Below, in pieces: positions 44,101-53,478 of a stretch of DNA of 64,000 nt; within the stretch, counting starts at the first letter, position 1; each line of letters opens with the position of its first letter. The position numbers were made by a program, and so were the translations under genes. Under the pieces are notes generated by a model, which saw only the letters and a program-made list of their open reading frames with translations, was not told the origin of the DNA and searched no databases. Source of the DNA: Thecamonas trahens ATCC 50062 (Eukaryota; Protista; Apusomonadida); assembly GCF_000142905.1 (NCBI RefSeq), contig NW_013657628.1:179614-243613 (forward strand). The letters run 5' to 3'.

Positions 44101-44589
44101 GCCGTCCACATGTTCACCAACCTCTTTGTCTTTTGCACATCGGCTGGCTCGTCGGCAGAGATGCTCCTTGCCGAGCTCCTCCTGCTCATCGGCTACTACG
44201 CGGCGTTCAATTCTGATGCACAGGAGGCGCTCGCCACCGGCCGCCGCCCCACCTTGCTTCAACGCATGACCACGTTGCCGTTCAAGTACTTTTCGTCCCC
44301 GGCGCTCCGTCCCATCCTCCTGCCCTCACTCGTTGCCGCCGTCCACAATGCCCCGCTCTCGCTCTCGCTCCTCAAGGAAGAGGTCTCACCAACGCTACTT
44401 GTCCGCTTCCTCGTCGAGCTCCGCGACGGCTCATTCCCTGCCGACGCCAAAGAGTGGCGGTACAACCCGCTCGCTCGGTTCCCAGAGTCAGAGATCGAGC
44501 GCGCCATCACGTTTCTCGACCCCGAAACTGCCTCCTCGTCGTCAGCGTCGGCATCGGCGCCGGCGCCGGCGCCGTCGTCGTCAGAGTAG
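41122..44589 (+). CDS. SCAPER: SCAPER-like protein (S-phase cyclin A-associated protein in the ER)
   Basis: N-domain SIDSLYQLCE..SVDECEEV..DF, ISWDVR; LHRKLSSPERK; coiled coil; C2H2 finger CRVC...HLKSQAH; C-terminal G..PTLLQRM..LPFKYFS..L.PSL. Confidence 0.85.
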   Translation: MSSEGWTRVGKGKRRARNRARSVSARLPPHDASVRANPYAGMPDPDAPPDPAAASPAKSPPPKSPAGSPPAMLRSAAPAPTAVPAARVGRGAAPELARGSKSAASARASGRRARGSEEDKDHWRRFQMLIDSVHTSIDSLYQLCEVRESVDECEEVARVLAKSSADFDLLVDRIRKQTAHQNEPKAKPISWDVRGAYVSKTAPISWANIVRNPLAASAAAATVAAVAAQAASPAGSKAKAKAKAKAKAKAQTKAKAQAAANASSPQHSPNRMRSARRTLDLSPSAVSSSATADRSTSPRTAKAPSEPLPDLELEASSEVSPESGSGKPETSPAAAPLSGWSDDDELPTGEFDPFQEFAARSGKLAWADYTSPQSPTRGRNLHRKLSSPERKKRNPHEAARIAAEKQARAQEARERVEQEKILRARSHHNERVAAHRELERQRAQERAARADEKQAKAAVLREEALAAKVRKAQAEDAKVRENAIVRELSEAASRAELQRRLLRDEARTAELRAKKEEKTKAKRAKDAAKKRIVGAAGPGTAPLKPKICRVCVSDLPTPTKASIAKHLKSQAHVVAAARLALTDGDMINSPVVDARTALLSLTAAEREARAARAQAGRKKGKKLRAAAAAIRLSPHGLEAVIAAACRAEFGAMPPAPKKTSLTPLASALREFVAAAERGRALTALDVQSGFHAVRRVAALYSLPSVRGSTSGVHFEAWSRLVTSDGVIFALLDIIALSNVPPSILGLSSVVLLEAIRASRHVRLAILASGKASALVRATITLVSKTLVPSELETAASLVCAFTILCSARDSAPELSDAASAELAGKLDPDDAAGFAELEPRIRRLRTNLLKQAVHMQAVEAVVDCMMTYGELTFSSPPSPTTAFVIRALQMLNSLAGAARDTADDDGSSGSTVVRSLLLTAFQQASVPAHMVTFLNSILLRAGPLETADSVPALSPATLTVFELALRLMNTVAASDAVLVQTALTEESLLSRQEAVHMFTNLFVFCTSAGSSAEMLLAELLLLIGYYAAFNSDAQEALATGRRPTLLQRMTTLPFKYFSSPALRPILLPSLVAAVHNAPLSLSLLKEEVSPTLLVRFLVELRDGSFPADAKEWRYNPLARFPESEIERAITFLDPETASSSSASASAPAPAPSSSE

Positions 44590-44605
44590 CACCTGCTTCC
44601 CAACG

Positions 44606-45586
44606 TCACATGCTCACGCTCGCTCCGGCCTCGCTTGCCAGCGCTGCCCATGACACAAACGCAACTCGAAAGCCCTCGTCGCGCAGCAGCGCCAGGTACG
44701 CGTCCAGCTCGGCATAGCCGCGACTCGGATCGGCCGCCAGAAACTCGGCCGACGAGAACCAGGCCTCTTGCACAACTCGAGGCGCCGACGGGGCGATCCG
44801 GCAGCCAGGCATAGTGTAGCCAAGATCCTCAAACTGCGGCGCGATGACCTCTGCGTACAGGCCCTTGCCCTCCTGCAGATAGCCCCACGAGCCGATGTAG
44901 GCGTCAAAGGCGTCGTTCATCATCCCGTTCTCAACTTCGGCAAAGAACATGTTGCGCGAGTCCTGGTGGGCGGCGATGTGAGCCTTGAGACCGTCGTTGT
45001 CGAGTGTGAGGATGTCGGTCTCAAGCTTGGCCCTAGCCGCCCGTCGCAGGCCGCGCGATGAGCGCGCAAAGTGGGCGGCGTATTCGACGGCCATCGCGCG
45101 GGTGATCTCCGGCTCGCAGCTTTCCCACTTGTCGAGCACGCCCCGGCCGGCACCGTAGACAAAAATGCCGAGCGGGGAAAGGAGGACGTCAACCATGTTG
45201 GCACCTGTCGGGTTGGAGAGGAAGCCAGAGTTGGCGGCGGCATCCTGGACTGCGCCGATCATGTCCTCGGACGAGATGAGGTTCGGCACATTGATCGGCG
45301 CCTCGTCGTCGTTGTCAAACTCGATTGGATGGGTGTGAAAGGTGTACGCCGCGTCGTCGGCCGCCGTGTCCGCCACCGTGTACCCGTCGGTTGCGTATCC
45401 ACACCGCGCCTCGGCCTCGACCTGGCTCGTGGCCATCGCCACCGTCCCGTCGCCGGCCACCTCGAGCACGCCGGCCAGCTCGACGCCAAGCTCCTGCGAC
45501 CGCACCCACATCCCGCGCAGCGCCACCAGACACGACCTGGGGAACGTCAGGCGCAGGCCCGAGGCGCCGCTGCCGCCATCTGCCAT
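44606..45586 (-). CDS. Stand-alone JAB/MPN+-like metallopeptidase, 326 aa
   Basis: ExxG (VELAGVL), HxH (FHTHP) and SxxD (ISSED) in JAB order, followed by the strand pair DVLLSPLGIFVY. Confidence 0.65.
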   Translation of the reverse strand: MADGGSGASGLRLTFPRSCLVALRGMWVRSQELGVELAGVLEVAGDGTVAMATSQVEAEARCGYATDGYTVADTAADDAAYTFHTHPIEFDNDDEAPINVPNLISSEDMIGAVQDAAANSGFLSNPTGANMVDVLLSPLGIFVYGAGRGVLDKWESCEPEITRAMAVEYAAHFARSSRGLRRAARAKLETDILTLDNDGLKAHIAAHQDSRNMFFAEVENGMMNDAFDAYIGSWGYLQEGKGLYAEVIAPQFEDLGYTMPGCRIAPSAPRVVQEAWFSSAEFLAADPSRGYAELDAYLALLRDEGFRVAFVSWAALASEAGASVSM

Positions 45587-45788
45587 GTCGTGCCGAGAGA
45601 TGTCCTGCTCCGCCGGAGGCAGCAGCCCAGCTGCCTGCGTCCGCTATCTGTGCCCGCTGCCGATGGCGAGCCCACACTTCTCCGCCCGACAGGCACCGCT
45701 CGCCACCCTCCCCCCCGCCGCCCACGCCCACCCGGCACTTGACCACGCCCTCCTCCTCCCCTCCCCCCCCCCCCCCCCTTCCTCCACT

Positions 45789-48700
45789 ATGTGGGGCCAG
45801 CGGTTCCCCGCACGGGCATACCGACAGGCGCGCGAGGTTGTGTTGTGCTCGGCAAAGTACCGCCCGCTGCTACTGCTTGTGCTGGCGTGGCTGGACGGCC
45901 CGGGCCTGGCCCTGGCGGCCCGGGTGTGCCGGCACTGGGCGACGACGGTGGCCACCTCTGACTCGCTGTGGCGGCGGCTGTATGTGCGGCACTTTGCGCG
46001 GACGCTGCCGCTGTCGGCGGCGGGCCTGCCCGGTGGGAGCGGCAGGCCGGGCGCGGCGGCCATGCGCGAGGTCTACACGGCGCGGTACGCCGAGGAGCGC
46101 GAGTGGGTCCGCACACCGCTGCGCCACCTGGAGCTACCGCACCCGCTTGCCGGCCAGCCGGCCGTGGCCGTCCTCCTCGCTCCGCCGCCCAAGTCCGACC
46201 TGATCCTCATCGGCGCCCACGGCACCATCTGCGGCTATGCCGCCATCCGCGCCTCGCTCTCGCTCATCGCCAACCGCGGCCTTCCGCCGCCGACCGTCGC
46301 CTTCTCCACCGGCTATCCGCTTGCCTGCGGAGCACTCTCGCCGGGTGGCGAGGTGCTAGTGGTTGGCGGCTCAAAGCTCGCCAAGTGGGATATCTCGTCG
46401 ACGCTGCCCATGTGCGTCGCCGTCTTTGTTGGCCACGACGACGCCGTCACCGACGTCGAGCCAGCCTGGTCGGCTCGCAACGATCTAGGCCTGCTGCTCT
46501 CGGCATCGGTCGACAAGACCGCTCGCCTGTGGGACGGCGCCACCGCTGCTTGCCTTCGGGTCTTTGGCGGCCACGCCGCCGGTCTCGAACGCATCTCCTG
46601 GCTGGCCTCGGCCGAGGCCTCGCACTTTGTCACGGCAGGCAACGACGGCGTCCTCCGCGTGTGGCGCGTCGACTCGGCCAAGTCGCTACTCTCACTGCCA
46701 TCGTCCAAGGGCCTGGCTCGTGCCTGGGCTGTCTCGCCTGGGCCAGACTACTTTGTCTCGGGCCACTCGGACGGCAACGCCCGGGTCTGGCGCCTGGACT
46801 CCACTCGCGGCTCACCGGCTGTCGACGTTGTCCTTGTCGGCCATCGCGCCGGCATCACTGCTCTCCAGGTCTCAGGCTCCAAGCTTGTGACGGCGTCAGA
46901 CGACGGCTCGCTTCGGGTTTGGCGCCTGGCTGCGCTGGGTGACTCGGCTCGCTTTGCGCCTCTGCATATCATGGCTGCACACGCTTCTGGTGCCGAGAGC
47001 ATGCGCAGCTCGAAGAAGCAGCCGAGCCCGCCAAGCGGCCCGCGACCACCGCGTGGCCCCGCGCCGCGGCCGCCACGCGGCCCACGGCCGGCCCGCGGTC
47101 CGGTGGTTCGGCCAACGCACGGCGCCTCGACAGCGCTTCCGCCGCTCACTACCCGAGGACTGGCGACTCGGCGGCCCGAGTCGGTCTCAGCCAACGTGTT
47201 TACCGCTTCCGAGTGGTCTCAACTCGCGCTCGAGTATCCGGACATCCGCGCCGAGGTCGAGACGGTGCGCGGCCAGGCAGGCAAGGCCAAGTGGTCGCGA
47301 CTGCGGACCATGCTCCGCTCCTCGGTCCTCACCACCATCAACGACCGCGTCCTCGAAGCAAAGCACTGGCTCCGCATCTCTACCTCGGCGACTCCGCAGG
47401 ACTACATGGACTACCTCACTCGATGGCAGCGCGGCGATACCGAGCCCTCGTTTGCGCTCCAGGCCGAGGCACGGGCTCAGTTCCGTCCTCGGCCTGGCGG
47501 GACCGCACACGGTCCACGGGCGCGGGCCCGACTTGCCGCCTCCATTCGCGAGCAGCGCCGAGAGGCGGCAGCGGCTTCTCGCGCCGCCCGCGCCGAGGCC
47601 GCTCTTTCGAACCCGGTCGAGCTGCCGCGGTCGGGTCTGTCGTCGGCCACCGTGGCCGAGCGTGCGCTGCGGAGGAAGCAGAAGGAACGCGCTGAGCGGA
47701 GCCGCCAGCGTGGGCTGCTCTCCACCCGGTGCTTTGCCTTTAAGCCATCGCTGGCTGCAGCGGCACTCAAGGCTGCATCGCAGTCGTTCAAGGCGCTCGA
47801 GCCACAGAGCCGACAAAAGCCGGGGGCTGTCCGCAAAGGTGATGGCCACTCTGCTCTGCGGCAACTCTCGCTCTCGACCCTGTCAAGCTCGACCACCGCC
47901 TCGTCAGAGTCGTGCGACTTCAACACGGCGTTCATTGCCTCGGTTTCGTCAACCAAGCCGCGGCCAGCGCCGACAGCGGCCCATCAGCTACGGTCGCTAC
48001 GACGACGGACATCGATCTCAGGCTCGCGGTCGGGGTCACGGTCTGCGTCGCGGTCGGAGTCAATCTCGCGCCCTTCGTCTCGGGCCGGGCTCGACGCGCC
48101 TGTCCGGCCACCAGGGCCGGTTAAGACGTCGACTGCGCCAGATCTGTGGGCTGCCGCCGGAATGGCAGGCCCGCGAAGGGGTTCGACGCCGCGCGAGGCG
48201 ATGGTTGTACCACAGCTGGCGGTCAACATTGTGCCGACCGAGTCGGCTGCTTCGACGCCCACGGGCTCGTGGGGAACCAGCGGTGGACTGCAGCGAAGCA
48301 GCCCGAAGCGGCGGCGGCAGCGGCGGCGAGCGCAATCGGTCTCGGGCAAATCGGGGCGACGAGCGAGCATGTCGTCTACGTCGTCGTGCACCCGCGATGA
48401 CACCAACCTGCTCTCGCCACGAAGGACCAAGAGCACAAAGGCGCAGGTGCGGCGAGCAAGCTTGGCTGGCGCGCTCACCTCGCTTGCACCGCGGCCGTTT
48501 GACGACATTGCTGAGGCCACCTTTGAATCGAGCATGGCAATGGCCAACGTCATGCTACAAAGCGTCCGCGAAGTGCATGCGGACTCGCAGACGACGCTCG
48601 ACAGCTCGGCCAGCTCGTTGGCCTACTCAAACCTGGCCGCCTTTTCGCTGAAAACAAAGTCTGGCACGTCGTCGTCAAGCTCGAGCTCCTCCTCCAGTTC

Positions 48701-49208
48701 GGGATCAGGCTCGGGATCGGACTCGGGGTCGGACTCGGGGTCGGACTCGGGGTCGGACTCGGACTCGGGCTCATCGACATCAGACTCGAAGACCGAGTCA
48801 ACGCGGGCGGACCTGACCGAAACGACGAGTATGCAGACCGAAGGCACAGATCTGGTCTTCCAGGTCCGCCCGCAGGTGGCACGGATGCGGACAGTGGGCA
48901 AGGGCGCGCTTGAGGTTGACCACGGCTCGCTCTCTGAAGTGGTGTTTGATCCGCGGGCGACGACCAACGAGCGCGATGTCGACAAGTACTCGACACGACT
49001 GCACCGCGACCGCGTGGCGTGGGCTGCGCGGACGATAGTGCTCGGATCCCCGGTGTGCGCCATGGCGTTTGAGGACAACGTGCTGGTGGCGTCATGTATC
49101 GACGGCTCTGTCCACATCCTCGCGTTCAAGCCCCTGCACGCCATCGACTACGCCGACGACGAGGACAGCGGGCAAGGGCGGTTCCCGTGGCATTTGGTCA
49201 CGACGTAG
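45789..49208 (+). CDS. F-box + WD40 protein with long disordered insertion
   Basis: F-box-like VLAWLDGPGLALAARVCRHW...LWRRLY; WD repeats GHDDAV..SASVDKTARLWD, GHAAGL..TAGNDGVLRVW, SGHSDGNARVW, GHRAGI..TASDDGSLRVW; a further blade near the C-terminus (VCAMAFEDNVLVASCIDGSVHI). Confidence 0.82.
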   Translation: MWGQRFPARAYRQAREVVLCSAKYRPLLLLVLAWLDGPGLALAARVCRHWATTVATSDSLWRRLYVRHFARTLPLSAAGLPGGSGRPGAAAMREVYTARYAEEREWVRTPLRHLELPHPLAGQPAVAVLLAPPPKSDLILIGAHGTICGYAAIRASLSLIANRGLPPPTVAFSTGYPLACGALSPGGEVLVVGGSKLAKWDISSTLPMCVAVFVGHDDAVTDVEPAWSARNDLGLLLSASVDKTARLWDGATAACLRVFGGHAAGLERISWLASAEASHFVTAGNDGVLRVWRVDSAKSLLSLPSSKGLARAWAVSPGPDYFVSGHSDGNARVWRLDSTRGSPAVDVVLVGHRAGITALQVSGSKLVTASDDGSLRVWRLAALGDSARFAPLHIMAAHASGAESMRSSKKQPSPPSGPRPPRGPAPRPPRGPRPARGPVVRPTHGASTALPPLTTRGLATRRPESVSANVFTASEWSQLALEYPDIRAEVETVRGQAGKAKWSRLRTMLRSSVLTTINDRVLEAKHWLRISTSATPQDYMDYLTRWQRGDTEPSFALQAEARAQFRPRPGGTAHGPRARARLAASIREQRREAAAASRAARAEAALSNPVELPRSGLSSATVAERALRRKQKERAERSRQRGLLSTRCFAFKPSLAAAALKAASQSFKALEPQSRQKPGAVRKGDGHSALRQLSLSTLSSSTTASSESCDFNTAFIASVSSTKPRPAPTAAHQLRSLRRRTSISGSRSGSRSASRSESISRPSSRAGLDAPVRPPGPVKTSTAPDLWAAAGMAGPRRGSTPREAMVVPQLAVNIVPTESAASTPTGSWGTSGGLQRSSPKRRRQRRRAQSVSGKSGRRASMSSTSSCTRDDTNLLSPRRTKSTKAQVRRASLAGALTSLAPRPFDDIAEATFESSMAMANVMLQSVREVHADSQTTLDSSASSLAYSNLAAFSLKTKSGTSSSSSSSSSSSGSGSGSDSGSDSGSDSGSDSDSGSSTSDSKTESTRADLTETTSMQTEGTDLVFQVRPQVARMRTVGKGALEVDHGSLSEVVFDPRATTNERDVDKYSTRLHRDRVAWAARTIVLGSPVCAMAFEDNVLVASCIDGSVHILAFKPLHAIDYADDEDSGQGRFPWHLVTT

Positions 49209-49252
49209 TACACGACAGCGTTTTAAAGGTGGCCTGCAGAATCGAGGCACGG

Positions 49253-51124
49253 CTACCCGTGGTAGACCGAGGCCTTTGTGCGGCGGTGGTCGCCGAGCGA
49301 GACGTCACGCTGCAGCTCGCGGGCGAGGCGGCGCTCGTAGGCCTCGCGCTCCTCGCGCATGGACTCGTATTCGCGGCGCTCGCGCTCCTCGGCGCGGTCG
49401 CGTGCGGTGGCGCGCTGCTCGGCCTGGATGAGAAGAGCGCGCTTGTACTCGCGCTCCTTGGCGAGCTTGTTTGCGGCCTCTTGTGACTCTGCGACCTTTG
49501 CCATCTCCATCTCGCGCTCCAGGCGCTCGCAGGCGAGGACCTGCTCGCGGCGCTCCTCGGCCTTGCGGGCGAGCTTGATGGCAATCTGCTGGCGGCGGGC
49601 CTCGAAGACCTCGGCCATGAGCGCCTCGCGGGCACGGGCCTCTGCATCCCACTGGGCCTGACGCTTGGCCCACTCGACTTCGAGCTGCTCGGCGCGCATG
49701 CGGTCGAGCTTTGCATCGTTGGCGGCCTCACGCTCCATCTGGCGGAGCAGGTGGGAGCGATACTCGAGGGCCTCGGCCTTGAGAGCGAGGCGGGTGGCAG
49801 CCTCGCGCTCCTCGACGCCCTTTTCGGCCTCGACGAGGTCGTTGATGATCTTGATGTCGTTCTCGCGCTCGCGGCGGGCCTCCTCCTGGCGACGGGCAAG
49901 CGAGAGCTGGTTGTAGTAGTCGAGCTCGGCGCGGCGGTCTGCGGTCTGCTGAGCGTGCAGGAGCTTGCGGCGGTCTGCGGCCATGGCGTCGAGCTCCCAC
50001 TGTTGCTGGAGGAGGGCAGCCTCTTCAGTCTTGATGGCCTCGGCGGCGGCCTTGCGTGCCGCGTGCTCGGCCATCTGGTCCTCGAGAGTGCCCATCATCT
50101 CGCGGGTGAGCATAGCGGCGCGCTGGCGGTCCTGGACCTCGCGCTCGATCTTAAGCTGGCGGTTGGCCTCCCACTGGGCAGCATACTCGGCCTCCTCCTG
50201 GAACCGGGCCTCACGCTGGCGGGCCTTGATTTCGAGCTGCTGCTCGCGCTCAGCGTTGACCATCTGCTGCATCTTTTGCGACTTGAGGTGGCGGATCTCG
50301 TCACACTCGGCCCGCCAGCGGCGGTCCATCTGCTCTTGCGCAAACTTGGCCCGCTCATCCTCACGCTCCTCACGCAGCTGTTGCGCGCGGGCGCGCATGC
50401 GCTCGATCCGCTGCTCGGGCGTCTCGTACGTCAGCGCGATCTCCTCGCGGAGAACCTGCTCTTCCTGTGCGTACATCTGCCTCAGCTTGGCCTTGCGGGT
50501 CGCCAGCGCCTCATCGTCGGCCTCCTTCAACGAATCGTACGTTCGCCGCACGTTGTTGGTCCGGATCCGCTTGTTTGTCCGCTGCTCAAACTCCGCCTTG
50601 AGCTGTGCCTCGTTGAGGTAGTTGACCTGTGTGGGGGGAGGGATGAGAGTGAGTTGGGCGGAAAGGGGGGGGGGGGGAGGGGTAATGGCTATGGGCAGAC
50701 TCAGCAGACCAGCAGCCATGGCCCATGCGGGGGGGGGGTGGGGGGCAGCAGACCAGCAGCCATGGCCAATGTCCCCCTCCTCACGCCGCTCCCGCCTTCC
50801 CGTCCAACACCCGCTCTCCCGACTCGGAGCTGGACATGGGTGCAGGGAGGGGGGGGGGGAGGGGGGGGCATAGTAGCGTGGAGGTGATGGTGCGTGTAGC
50901 AGCAATGGGGAGGGCAGCATGCAGTCGGTGTGTGGGGCGCCTGCCCCTTGCCCTTGGCCGACCCCAGGTCCTCCTCCTTCTCCCGCCAAAGGCCACAAAC
51001 GGCTCACTCACTCGGGCTGCGCGCGCACATTGTGTCTGGCTGGACGTACCTTTTCCTGGTGGGCACGGATGGCATCCTCACGCCTACGCCGCTGCTCAAT
51101 GAGCCGGGACGGGACGTAAGCCAT
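49253..51124 (-). CDS. CFAP53: Cilia- and flagella-associated protein 53 (CCDC11; TPH coiled coil); 2 exons (51124-51050, 50626-49253), about 482 aa
   Basis: MAYVPSRLIEQRRRREDAIRAHQEK|VNYLNEAQLKAEFE...ETPEQRIERMRARAQQLREEREDER..AQEQMDRRWRAECDEIR...W..E..AR..LM.EV. Intron 51049-50627 GTACGT...ACTCAC...ACAG. Confidence 0.85.
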
Positions 51125-51650
51125 AGTACTCGCTCTGTGTTGGGCTTGTGTGTGTGTGTGTTTGTAGGGGGTGGGGTGGGGTGGGGGTGGGGGGGGGGGG
51201 GGGACGAGCTATGTGTTGAGGTCGCTCCGTCACGCAACGTGCGTTGGTTGGCCCGTCTGTTTCACTCGCAGTGACGGTTGCGACGGGTGAGCGAAATTGT
51301 GGCCTTTGGACGCACATCATCGGCCAAACCATACATGGGCAGACGCACGATCACTGTGGTGAGGGTGGACAACGGCTCCCATCATCTTCATCTTCCCAAC
51401 CACCACCACCGATGTGTACCCGACATCGTGACCGACCTCGTTCTCGGCAGCAACCTTCCTGGAACTCGTTCCGGATTGTCGCTTGAGACTTGGGGTTGAC
51501 CCCAGCAGGGGGATGGTCAAGGCGCTGAGGGCTGTGATGATGGGAACGTTTTTGATGGGGATGTGCTGCCGCAAGACTGACGCCCGTGACCGGTCTTCTC
51601 GAGGCCCTCTTCCTACCGAGGTCCAAGGCCGGACCAGAAACCAGATCAGT

Positions 51651-53273
51651 TCAGATCAGCACGCCCCATGGATGCCTCTCGCTTCCATCCAGGACGTATT
51701 TCGGCTCTTGCAATGTTGACAGGACAGTGCACTGGATGCTCAGATCGCGGGAGAGGATCGTGCATGCTGCGGCGCTCATGGCGAAGAGGCTGCATCCAAG
51801 CGGGAAGAAGAGGACGCTGGCCGAGATCGAGGTGGGATTCTCGGCCTTGGCGGCAGCAAGCGCGGTAAAGACGAGCAGTGGAGCTGGGCCGCACGTTGCC
51901 CACACTGCCCAGAATCCTCCCGGCTTTCTCCTCCTGTACGCGCAGTACCCGCCGGCTTCAATCGCCAGCATGCCGAGCATTGGAGCTGTAAAGAAGCCGA
52001 GCAGCGGCGCGAGTGCTATCCACCACGTCCACGCCACCACCTCGCCAAGTCGTAGTGCCAGAAAGACGACGCCGAGCGGGAGCAACACGGCTTGGATCGC
52101 GGTCGAGGCCACCATGCTTGCACCAACCCACCGATCCCGTCGCCCGTGCCAGTTCCGGACGCGCCACACACCGTCGCCTCGCCAGAGAGCTACAAGGGTG
52201 ATGAGGGCCGCAAGCGTCATCAGGTACAGTGGGATGAGAACTACCGGCCAGCTCCAGGTCACGATACCGTCGGCGCGGAGTCCGACCGCCGCGATCCAGC
52301 TGGCTACCACGACGCAGACTGCTGTCACCATCGCCTCGGCCACCAACCAGCTCACACCCATCCTCACGTGCTTCGACTTCCGCGCAATGTACCACTGCTG
52401 AATGGGAGGAATGCACGGTGGGATGAGGCTCACTGTTGCCAGCGGGAGCAGCACCACCCACCATCCTAGCCTGATCATGCCACCCATCTTGCCCATTGCC
52501 AGCACAACCGTCAGCCAGATCAACGCAAGAGTTACGCCAACAACAACGCACTTTGCCAGAGTCCTACGTCGCTTGATCTCCTCGTGCTGGCGCCTCTTGA
52601 TCAGTACCGCACTCTGCGAGGCAAACCCCTGGGCCGCCTGGCGCCGCTTCGTCGCCAGCAGATCAATCCGGTTCTGCGCGCGTTGCTGCTTGCGGGCGCG
52701 CATAAAGCGGGCGGCGTAGCAGTGTCCTTTCTCGTGCTGCATCGGCTCTATGCATATCTGCGCCATGATCGAGGTCCGCGGCGGTGCCGGAGCCATGCCT
52801 ACAGCCACGATCGCCGCTTGCATGCCATCCCAGCTGAGGAATGGCTGCCACAGCCACGGCTCCCGCGACCACTTCCGCCAGCGCACGCTCACTGCGCTGC
52901 AGCGCACAAGGGAGATGAGATCAAGGTGCGCGAAGATCTCGACCATCAGCTCGGCGGGAAGTTGTGCAATGGTGACGTTGCCGGTCGCGACGTCGGCTTC
53001 CGCATCGCACTCATCGTCGCTGTCGACAAAGAACTCGTCCGCACTCTCGCCCCGGCCTCTGCTTGGCAGCCCCCCCTCCAGCATGCCGGCGATGGCATTG
53101 ATGCGAGACGGGACTCGGATCTCGAGGTAGAGGGCATGTCGACGGACAGGACACGCCGGGTACTCTCCCCGGACTAGCAGCCCCTCGTCCGAGTCCAAAT
53201 CTGAAGAGTAGCTGTCAGGCAGCTCACCGAGCTGTGGCGCGCGCAGCGTGGGCTCATCGCAGACGCGCAACAT
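51651..53273 (-). CDS. F-box + TMEM185-type multi-pass membrane protein (paralogue 1)
   Basis: F-box IAQLPAELMVEIFAHLDLISLVRCSAVSVRWR...LW; four TM-hairpin repeats, e.g. GLRADGIVTWSWPVVLIPL and ALRLGEVVAWTWWIALAPL. Start uncertain (53273 or 53430). Confidence 0.82.
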   Translation of the reverse strand: MLRVCDEPTLRAPQLGELPDSYSSDLDSDEGLLVRGEYPACPVRRHALYLEIRVPSRINAIAGMLEGGLPSRGRGESADEFFVDSDDECDAEADVATGNVTIAQLPAELMVEIFAHLDLISLVRCSAVSVRWRKWSREPWLWQPFLSWDGMQAAIVAVGMAPAPPRTSIMAQICIEPMQHEKGHCYAARFMRARKQQRAQNRIDLLATKRRQAAQGFASQSAVLIKRRQHEEIKRRRTLAKCVVVGVTLALIWLTVVLAMGKMGGMIRLGWWVVLLPLATVSLIPPCIPPIQQWYIARKSKHVRMGVSWLVAEAMVTAVCVVVASWIAAVGLRADGIVTWSWPVVLIPLYLMTLAALITLVALWRGDGVWRVRNWHGRRDRWVGASMVASTAIQAVLLPLGVVFLALRLGEVVAWTWWIALAPLLGFFTAPMLGMLAIEAGGYCAYRRRKPGGFWAVWATCGPAPLLVFTALAAAKAENPTSISASVLFFPLGCSLFAMSAAACTILSRDLSIQCTVLSTLQEPKYVLDGSERHPWGVLI

Positions 53274-53478
53274 ACAGGCAGGCCGAGACTGGCTCCGTGA
53301 GCAGACGTTGCGGCCCACGGGCTGATGCAAGCGAGTGTTGGTCCAGTGATTGCCAAGTGCGCGCCGTTTTGGGGTTGGGCGGCAGCGTGGAAGCCGTCGT
53401 CCATTTCTGCTCAAGGCCCGCGCGAACATGTGATCTCGGGTAGACCGGGAGTGTGAGTGTACTGTGCAAGAGTGAGGG

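Noticed and set aside
32502-51124. Centriole/cilium gene cluster (CEP76, SSNA1, SCAPER, CFAP53)
   Set aside because: Interspersed with unrelated genes; expected by chance in a compact flagellate genome.
51317-51574. Short minus-strand ORF possibly derived from a third F-box-TM paralogue
   Set aside because: Only one hydrophobic stretch, no ATG start and no signature W.W..PL repeat.
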